A DNA stretch of 64,000 nucleotides, taken from the sequence record LC727701.1; one strand, 5' to 3'. The notes beneath the pieces are model-generated. The model was not told the DNA's origin, did no database searches, and worked only from the letters and a program-made list of their open reading frames with translations. The position numbers and the translations under genes were made by a program. Below are positions 24,524 through 33,182 of the stretch, piece after piece (position 1 is the stretch's first letter; each line of letters opens with the position of its first letter).

Positions 24524-25897
24524 ATGAATCCATTACTTTTACCTCTTCCATTTGATGAAACTGGAGAGAGTTATAGTAACCGAACAAAGGGTGAATACCA
24601 TTCACTAGCAAAACAGAAAGGATTCCCCTATCGCATCATCGTGATGGATAAGGGTTACTTTTATACTAAAGGAATGGTTATCAGAGATGGTAGGCAAAAT
24701 GAGTTAAATCCAGAGATGGATTATCAGTGCACTGGTATTAATCCGGAGGTAATCGAGAAGACTGGACTTGAAGCTTGTTCAGTAATTGTCATTACAAAAC
24801 AAGATGTCCACGAGGATATTTACATTGATGCTCAGATGTGCGGTGGTATATACTGTAACCTTGCGCCTTCCATTTCTGAACATGCTAATGCTCTTTTAAA
24901 TAATACCCGTAAACCACATTGGTCTAATATCTTAGATATTCCTGACCAATTCAAACCTAATGGACATATGCATGCCTATTGGGAACTTTATGGTTTTACA
25001 CCTAGAGTTGTTAAGTTAAAAGAAATAACTGACTTATTAAAGAAAAGCTCATCTGACTCATATGACTCCATTTTAGATGAGTTTAAATATCAATTAAGTC
25101 TAATAGAAGCTGATCTGAATACAATTGAAGCACGGCTTACTACACACATCAATGATACCACCACCAACCCACACCAAACACGTAAAGGGCAGGTGGCATT
25201 AGGTAATGTTTATAACGCTGGTATTGCAACTGAAACACAAGCCAAACAACCAAATGGCGCTATCATGAATGTCTATGCTACGCCATGGTCAATGAAGTTA
25301 TCTGTTGATACCAATTATACAGTACAGTATTTAGCCCACGTTAACGATATTACCACTAACCCACACAGGGTAACAGCTGAACAACTAAATACATATACTG
25401 TTACCCAAGCTAATATTTTACTAAATCAAAAATTAGATAAAGGTAAAACAGCTAATACATCTAAACTATTATTTGGTCAAGATGTTTATAGCATGGGTGA
25501 AACGGTACGTGCTAAAATGCCTTTAAGTGTATTGACGACTGGTCGGCTAGCACCTGGCCGGATCGGTAACTCAGCGACTTGGCCAGGTCGTGATTGGACA
25601 TTAATGCCTAATGGCCAATGGACACACTTTGGATTTATATTCAATCGCTTCCAGAAAACAGGGACGATGGTTCACTGGAACAATACTAACTTCAAGTCTA
25701 TCCAAGAAGCAATTGCTTTCCATAACACATACTTCTCAGATCCTGACCAATGGTGGCCTGGTTCACTAGCTATCTGCCATTACGAGCAAGAGTTCGTTAT
25801 TGGGCATGGTAATGGTACAACAGCTACTTCCTATAGGAATACTTTATTCTTACGTAAAGTGGGATCAACGTGGACCAATATAGGGGAACCGGCATAA
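24524..25897 (+). CDS. Tail-fibre-family protein (gp134-like)
   Basis: 457 aa paralog (LPFDE..GEYHSL, NPH repeats). Confidence 0.8.
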   Translation: MNPLLLPLPFDETGESYSNRTKGEYHSLAKQKGFPYRIIVMDKGYFYTKGMVIRDGRQNELNPEMDYQCTGINPEVIEKTGLEACSVIVITKQDVHEDIYIDAQMCGGIYCNLAPSISEHANALLNNTRKPHWSNILDIPDQFKPNGHMHAYWELYGFTPRVVKLKEITDLLKKSSSDSYDSILDEFKYQLSLIEADLNTIEARLTTHINDTTTNPHQTRKGQVALGNVYNAGIATETQAKQPNGAIMNVYATPWSMKLSVDTNYTVQYLAHVNDITTNPHRVTAEQLNTYTVTQANILLNQKLDKGKTANTSKLLFGQDVYSMGETVRAKMPLSVLTTGRLAPGRIGNSATWPGRDWTLMPNGQWTHFGFIFNRFQKTGTMVHWNNTNFKSIQEAIAFHNTYFSDPDQWWPGSLAICHYEQEFVIGHGNGTTATSYRNTLFLRKVGSTWTNIGEPA

Positions 25898-27288
25898 TGA
25901 TTACTTTTTTACCATTAGATCTAAAAGCTAAATTGGCTTCTAATTACATTGTAGATGAGGAACACACACTCATTCAAGTTGCTAATAAAACACACCGTGT
26001 ACTGATGTGTACACATGGTGGTTTCTATACAAAGGACTTTAATCTACGTGATAAGAAGACTGGTTTATCTTTAAACAAAGATCAATATAAAACAACCTAC
26101 CTTTATTCACAGTTATCTGAAATGACTGGTTTAGAAGTAATGGGTATTGTTGTAGTAACTGATCCTAAAGTTAGTCCTAATGTCCAAGTTACATATAGAG
26201 CAGTTGGTGGTTTCTTTAGTATTTCAGCATTAGAACTTAAAGCTGTTTTTGATAAACTTGAATTAGATGAATTAAGTTTCACCTGGGATGATATTATTGG
26301 TAAACCCGATGCATATCCACCTGCACCTCATGGCCATGAATATTGGCAGATTTATGGCACAGATACAATGGTAACCGAATTAAACCGAATAGCACATGCT
26401 TATCGGGTCGGTAGAAGTGCTATGGATAATGCTGCTGATGATTATTATAAAGTTTATCTTGCTGATGCAAAAACTGCTGTAGATGATTATAGAGATCGGG
26501 TTACAGCACACTTAACTGATTATAATAATCCACATGCCGATGATCGGTTCAAGTTAATTCCACCGCTTGATAAGATATCTAACTGGGGTTTTGCTACTGA
26601 AGCTGAGTCAGTTAATAGAAATATAAATAATAAATACATGCCAATTGGTGGTATTTATCGTATTCTTAATATTGATACATTGGCTAAACTTGCATCACAT
26701 ATTAAAAACTTTAATAACCCACATGTTGTCACAGCTGACCAAGTTGGATCATATACCAAACCAGTAATGGATTCTAAAATATCTCCATTGTTAGGTATCA
26801 ATGAACAAGCAGCTAATGCAACTACTATTGGTGCTACTACCAATAGTCAGGGTTATCCAGTTGCTGGAACAGGTAAGGTATATCAGAATTTCTGGAATGA
26901 TGTTCGAAAAGATATTCCAGCTGAAGAGGTAACTAGCGGTGTATTTAAATGGGGTGCATTAGGTAAAGGTAATGCATCAATATTAAATGATCCTGAAAGA
27001 TATTATCTCGCAAGCGATGGTACTTGGCAAGACTGGGTTGAAGCTTTTAAAGAGTGGAACAAAGATAAGATTAAAGCTATTACCTTAGGCCAGGTAAATA
27101 GTGAAGCAGAAGCATTAAACACGTTAAATACGATGTTTACCGATAATACCAAATATCCTGAAGGCACTTACGCTGTTGTAGGTGTTAGAACCAATACCCC
27201 CTTTGAAGCCTATTATTACCAGCAATATGTAGCAATTAGAAATAATGGTACATGGCGTTGGATGATTCGAGCTGGAGCACTTGTATAA
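25897..27288 (+). CDS. Tail-fibre-family protein (gp135-like)
   Basis: Start moved from track 25870 to the TAATG-coupled ATG at 25897 (MITFLPLDL, parallel to its paralogs); NPH repeats. Confidence 0.8.
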   Translation: MITFLPLDLKAKLASNYIVDEEHTLIQVANKTHRVLMCTHGGFYTKDFNLRDKKTGLSLNKDQYKTTYLYSQLSEMTGLEVMGIVVVTDPKVSPNVQVTYRAVGGFFSISALELKAVFDKLELDELSFTWDDIIGKPDAYPPAPHGHEYWQIYGTDTMVTELNRIAHAYRVGRSAMDNAADDYYKVYLADAKTAVDDYRDRVTAHLTDYNNPHADDRFKLIPPLDKISNWGFATEAESVNRNINNKYMPIGGIYRILNIDTLAKLASHIKNFNNPHVVTADQVGSYTKPVMDSKISPLLGINEQAANATTIGATTNSQGYPVAGTGKVYQNFWNDVRKDIPAEEVTSGVFKWGALGKGNASILNDPERYYLASDGTWQDWVEAFKEWNKDKIKAITLGQVNSEAEALNTLNTMFTDNTKYPEGTYAVVGVRTNTPFEAYYYQQYVAIRNNGTWRWMIRAGALV

Positions 27289-27890
27289 TGAACAATCCGT
27301 TATCACTCCAAGAACTATCTTTAGCTACTGCACCTACTGAAGATAAAGTAAAAGTACTATTAATGTTTAACCGTACATCTGAGGTATTCCTACAAAGCGT
27401 GGGTTATCTACCTTTAGATGCATTTGATGCTAAGTCACGTGAGCACACTATTTTTGTTGAAGCAGAAATGGGTACTTATGATGTGGTCGTAAGTAATACA
27501 CCTGGTAAACAACCTACACTTTCTGATTGGAAGATTGTTCCTAAAGAAGAAGCACCACAAGTGATTACTGAAGATCACTTAAATAGTAAAGTAGCTTACA
27601 AAATTACTGAACGCTATCCAGTGACTGAGCAAATCAATATCCTTGCACGTGCAATTAAAAAGCTAGCTGAAAAATATGGTCAAGAGTTAGATGAACTAGA
27701 AGAAATGCTTGATTATATTGATCTTGTTAAACGAACTAATCGTGCGCATAAGGAGGCCCTAATTGAGAGCCCAGACGTTATCTATAAATCCAGGGAAGAT
27801 CTCGACGCTGAGAAAGCACATCGATATGCAGGTGGCCTGCATGAGCTTATCGGCCCACGAAAGATCGACCAAGGACGTGTTTTCAGCTGA
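27288..27890 (+). CDS. Hypothetical protein, possible tail-fibre assembly factor (gp136-like)
   Basis: TAATG-coupled start at 27288 (track start 27252); directly follows the fibre genes. Confidence 0.65.
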   Translation: MNNPLSLQELSLATAPTEDKVKVLLMFNRTSEVFLQSVGYLPLDAFDAKSREHTIFVEAEMGTYDVVVSNTPGKQPTLSDWKIVPKEEAPQVITEDHLNSKVAYKITERYPVTEQINILARAIKKLAEKYGQELDELEEMLDYIDLVKRTNRAHKEALIESPDVIYKSREDLDAEKAHRYAGGLHELIGPRKIDQGRVFS

Positions 27891-28323
27891 ATTTGCAGCT
27901 GACCTTGTATCTTATCTGGATACACTGGAAGATTCCTGGTGGTTTAATCGGAAAAAAATTAATAGTATCCCAACCAAAGGTATCACTGAATGTGATTATT
28001 GGTTTTTAGGTCATAACCAAATGCCAGTAGAATTACGGGAATTACTATTTCATATTGCACCTAAGGTAGAAGGTGCTTGGTTAGGCGAAGTACTAATCAA
28101 TCGATATGAAATTGGTACAGGTATGCCTGAGCACATCGACCAAGCTGTTTATCGTTACAACATGGTTATTGCATTAAATGACAATGGCGATGGTATAACG
28201 ATCAATGGTGAGTTTTATCAGGATGTACCAGGTAGGGCTACTATTTTTCCAATCCGTTCAGAGCCACATGAGGTCCCTCCAGTTAAAAATAAAAGATACG
28301 TCCTTATATATCTCTACGAGTAG
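27763..28323 (+). CDS. 2OG-Fe(II) dioxygenase-fold protein (gp137-like)
   Basis: INRYEIGTGMPEHID (HxD), PHEV (distal His) and KRYVLIY (2OG-binding Arg). The true start may be ATG 27841, which has AGGTGG upstream. Confidence 0.75.
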   Translation: MRAQTLSINPGKISTLRKHIDMQVACMSLSAHERSTKDVFSAEFAADLVSYLDTLEDSWWFNRKKINSIPTKGITECDYWFLGHNQMPVELRELLFHIAPKVEGAWLGEVLINRYEIGTGMPEHIDQAVYRYNMVIALNDNGDGITINGEFYQDVPGRATIFPIRSEPHEVPPVKNKRYVLIYLYE

Positions 28324-28331
28324 GGTACAAC

Positions 28332-28820
28332 ATGGCAATTAAACTTAAGACTCTATCTAAGACAGAACTAAAAACATTAACAAAGCTTAAAGGTGAAGTT
28401 TCATTTAGAGACTCATATGGCCACCGTATGCGAGTTGGCACTAATGGCCTTAAAGCATGTAGTGTTTATAATACTTCAAAATGGTTTAATTGGACTGCTA
28501 AACAGCGTAAAGAAATTAAACCAATTTTAGGCGAAGAACTATTTAACAAAGCATTACAAGTATGGTTTTTAGATTTCCCCAAAATAGATGGATTTCTAGA
28601 TGAGATGAATTATTGGGTAGATAAACCCGAGTCCGGTACTATTCTTGCTTGGAATATTGGACCTGATGCTAAGTTCATTTTAGATGGCGAAGAACTATTA
28701 ATTGGAAAAGGTGAAGGATTAGTATTTCATCTATCCCAATTACATGAAGTAAAACGTTCCCATAATGGACAATCATGGATCTGTGTAATGGTACGTGGTG
28801 CTCCTGAAAAATTTGCTTAA
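28332..28820 (+). CDS. Degenerate double-stranded beta-helix (2OG-Fe(II)-like) protein (gp138-like)
   Basis: Same strand pattern as the preceding gene (GEGLVF..LHEV..SWICVM), but no HxD. Confidence 0.6.
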   Translation: MAIKLKTLSKTELKTLTKLKGEVSFRDSYGHRMRVGTNGLKACSVYNTSKWFNWTAKQRKEIKPILGEELFNKALQVWFLDFPKIDGFLDEMNYWVDKPESGTILAWNIGPDAKFILDGEELLIGKGEGLVFHLSQLHEVKRSHNGQSWICVMVRGAPEKFA

Positions 28821-28829
28821 CAGCATAAA

Positions 28830-28849
28830 TCCCCTCCACATGGAGGGGA
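28830..28849 (+). terminator. Terminator hairpin
   Basis: TCCCCTCC-ACAT-GGAGGGGA. Confidence 0.7.
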
Positions 28850-28885
28850 ACTCTTACAAATTTACTCAATAGTACAGTGTACTAA

Positions 28886-29812
<927 letters not shown>

Positions 29813-29814
29813 AT

Positions 29815-30378
29815 ATGCTTAAGCTTCCAGCGAGTGATGAGCCATTTCGGGTACTAGCATTAGACCCTGGTTCACAAAACCTCGGCATAGCTATTCTGGA
29901 AGATAAGTTGGATGGAAGTAATAAGGTGGTACGTAATGCATTTACTTGCCACCTTAAAGATACAAATCCGGCATATGCTGCCATTTCCGAGGTTCATGGT
30001 AGTAGATTCACTAGAATGCAGCAAATGAGTGATGTGGTACTAAATATACTGCATACAGAAAAGCCACATGCAGTGATTGTAGAATCTAACTATCTTGGTA
30101 AGTTTGCCCAAAGCTTCGCTGTACTTGTAGAATGTGTAACCTATGTACATAGAGCATTATACGAGTATGATAGATTTATACCTTTATACATGATTGATCC
30201 GACCACAGTTAAGATCAATGCTGGTATGAAAAAAGTAAAGGGTACTACTAAAGACGATGTTAAAGAAGCAATGCGCTCTCGTACTGATATCACATGGAAC
30301 ATCGACATAGATAGTCTAGATGATCACTCTATGGATGCTTGTGCGATAGCTTACTACTACCTTACTAGGATTGTTTAA
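29815..30378 (+). CDS. ruvC: RuvC-like Holliday junction resolvase (gp140-like)
   Basis: VLALDPG, VIVES and DDHSMDACAIA give the D/E/D/D catalytic set. Confidence 0.85.
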   Translation: MLKLPASDEPFRVLALDPGSQNLGIAILEDKLDGSNKVVRNAFTCHLKDTNPAYAAISEVHGSRFTRMQQMSDVVLNILHTEKPHAVIVESNYLGKFAQSFAVLVECVTYVHRALYEYDRFIPLYMIDPTTVKINAGMKKVKGTTKDDVKEAMRSRTDITWNIDIDSLDDHSMDACAIAYYYLTRIV

Positions 30379-30393
30379 CAATTCGAGGCAACA

Positions 30394-30900
30394 ATGTTCC
30401 TATTAGCAGGTATACGAAAAATAATTGGTAGTGTGCCATTGCATATATGGTTACTATTAGTTATTCTGATAGGTGCCTTAATTGGTATCATATATTACAA
30501 AAATAGTTATGAGACGGAACTTGTTCGCTCTACAGATTTAATTGGAAAAATTAAATCTTATGAAGCGGCAGAAAAGGTTAGGATTGAATCAGACCGTATC
30601 TCCGATAAAATTCAAGCTGAACTAATTACTAAAAAGAAAGAGATACAAAAAGAGCAGGCGCAATCACGCACTGAGGTGATTGATGAGTACATTAGTTTAT
30701 CAGGTCGTGGATATACTCCCCCTGTATGGCCTGAGGTTAAAGCTAAAACAACTAATGGGGAAAGTACCACTACTGAGATTAAACATGAAACTGACACAAA
30801 AAAAGATAGCATTAATAAGTCTATTAATGTTATTGCTAAACGGATGTACGAGCACTACTGTGCCGCCTCCCGTGAAAATACCAGTTGCAATCCCAAGTAG
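30394..30900 (+). CDS. Inner-membrane spanin (Rz-like)
   Basis: N-terminal transmembrane (TM) segment IWLLLVILIGALIGIIYY, coiled coil, C-terminal Cys pair; overlaps a lipoprotein gene. Confidence 0.8.
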   Translation: MFLLAGIRKIIGSVPLHIWLLLVILIGALIGIIYYKNSYETELVRSTDLIGKIKSYEAAEKVRIESDRISDKIQAELITKKKEIQKEQAQSRTEVIDEYISLSGRGYTPPVWPEVKAKTTNGESTTTEIKHETDTKKDSINKSINVIAKRMYEHYCAASRENTSCNPK

Positions 30901-31147
30901 TTTGCTTCTCCCTTGTGATGTAGAAGCCCCACCTACAGCTAATGAGATCATCAATGCATTAGATAGATATAAAGCTGTTGGGGTTACTGATGAGAATGAA
31001 GCACGTTTCTTACTTATGACCGAACATTGGCTTTTACAAACTGATGCACTTGGACTATGTAATATCCAAGTAGACAAATTGCGTGAATGGAACGAACGTC
31101 AACGTAATTTGGAGAATAGTCATGACCCTAGAGGACGTTCTGATTGA
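30785..31147 (+). CDS. Outer-membrane lipoprotein spanin (Rz1-like), overlapping the i-spanin
   Basis: Start MKLTQKKIALISLLMLLLNG|C (lipobox LNGC), then Pro-rich PPPVKIP..LLLPC. The track start at 30680 is too far upstream. Confidence 0.8.
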   Translation: MKLTQKKIALISLLMLLLNGCTSTTVPPPVKIPVAIPSSLLLPCDVEAPPTANEIINALDRYKAVGVTDENEARFLLMTEHWLLQTDALGLCNIQVDKLREWNERQRNLENSHDPRGRSD

Positions 31148-31517
31148 GATCGATGGTAATCCTTTATCTTCTTCTAAAGACTATGGAAAGAAGATACGTA
31201 CCTATTTAAATAGTGTATTGGAAAAGGAACAACGTATAAATCTAAGTATAACTGGTGAAGAAGTACTTAGTCGAATTTATGCTATTACCGATTCAGATCT
31301 TCAATATAAAATTCTCAGCCGGGAAATTGCTGAAGTGAAGGCTAAAGATTCTTACCGTAATGCGGTATTAGTATTAGCTGGTGGTGTTACTCTTATTGGG
31401 GCATCAGTATCTACTATGGTGGTTTTATCTGGTGCACCTATGTCAGAAGAAAGTGCCAATGTGTTAAAGACTATTGTGCAAGGTACCTTTGAATTAATAA
31501 AGATGCTTATGCAATAA
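31122..31517 (+). CDS. Membrane protein with C-terminal TM helix, holin/antiholin candidate (gp142-like)
   Basis: GGAG SD at 31111, ATG at 31122; hydrophobic AVLVLAGGVTLIGASVSTMVVL; lies within the lysis cluster. Confidence 0.6.
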   Translation: MTLEDVLIEIDGNPLSSSKDYGKKIRTYLNSVLEKEQRINLSITGEEVLSRIYAITDSDLQYKILSREIAEVKAKDSYRNAVLVLAGGVTLIGASVSTMVVLSGAPMSEESANVLKTIVQGTFELIKMLMQ

Positions 31518-31527
31518 AAACTATAAT

Positions 31528-31552
31528 AGCCTTCCTCTTGAAGAGGAAGGCT
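31528..31552 (+). terminator. Terminator hairpin
   Basis: AGCCTTCCTCT-TGA-AGAGGAAGGCT, then TTATA. Confidence 0.75.
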
Positions 31553-31599
31553 TTATAATGCTATGTGGATTAAACATTTTACCACTATAGAGGTTTGAC

Positions 31600-32133
31600 A
31601 TGCAGGATATCTTTCCGTATGACATGGCATCGAGGGACGCGCTAGTAAAACTTGCGCGGGATGATTTAAAAATAAACTTCAAACCAGAAACAGTTACATT
31701 TGAAGATATGTTTTTTAGTCCAACCACGATTGAGCCTGGACGTACATTTATTGAAATGATCGACATTACTACTGACATTAAGTACATGTTAACTTACCGT
31801 CGGTTAGATTTTGCTGATCCACGAGCTATTGGTGAAGGATCTATCCTTAAGATAGTTGGTACTTTAACACCTAAAGCAATTGCTGAAGAAATCAACCGTT
31901 CACGGGGTTGGAAGCTTGGACCAGATGATGTTTCATTTGATACAACACCAATCAATGCAACTACGGATGTTGTTCCATACACGATAGTAGCTATGTCGAG
32001 TAGTTATGCTTACTATGGTGAATGTAATATACTAATTCAACGTATTGATGATACATCGGATACTATCCGGCTATTAGAGAATGGCGCAGCACGTTATCTA
32101 GAAAATGGGACTATCCGTTATCTAGAAAGTTAA
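31600..32133 (+). CDS. Putative virion protein (gp143-like) with C-terminal RxLENG repeats
   Basis: GAGGT SD; LTYRRLDF motif; ends RLLENGAARYLENGTIRYLES. Confidence 0.8.
   Translation: MQDIFPYDMASRDALVKLARDDLKINFKPETVTFEDMFFSPTTIEPGRTFIEMIDITTDIKYMLTYRRLDFADPRAIGEGSILKIVGTLTPKAIAEEINRSRGWKLGPDDVSFDTTPINATTDVVPYTIVAMSSSYAYYGECNILIQRIDDTSDTIRLLENGAARYLENGTIRYLES
32092..32121 (+). repeat. Exact 30-nt direct repeat of 6440-6469
   Basis: CGTTATCTAGAAAATGGGACTATCCGTTAT at both loci, in the same reading frame (RYLENGTIRY). Confidence 0.95.
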
Positions 32134-32145
32134 GTAATACCCTCA

Positions 32146-32977
<832 letters not shown>

Positions 32978-33060
32978 GATGTAGCAATAGAATGGAGTCT
33001 ATGGTATCATGTGAAACTTCCCCTCATGATAAACCACATCTTGTGTCAATGTAACTTTTT

Positions 33061-33080
33061 GAGAGTCCTTCGGGACTCTC
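33061..33080 (+). terminator. Terminator after the endolysin
   Basis: GAGAGTCC-TTCG-GGACTCTC, then TTATG. Confidence 0.85.
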
Positions 33081-33182
33081 TTATGTTGTTAAAATATTAC
33101 TCATTAGCAATAGTACATTACTGTATGAGTCTTCTTCGAAAGACTAACATGTTAGTGTTTCTTATACAGCAAGGAAATAAAA

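Noticed and set aside
30612-31077. Antisense ORFs across the spanin genes
   Set aside because: The region already carries two overlapping sense genes with clear signals. The antisense frames lack SD and motifs.
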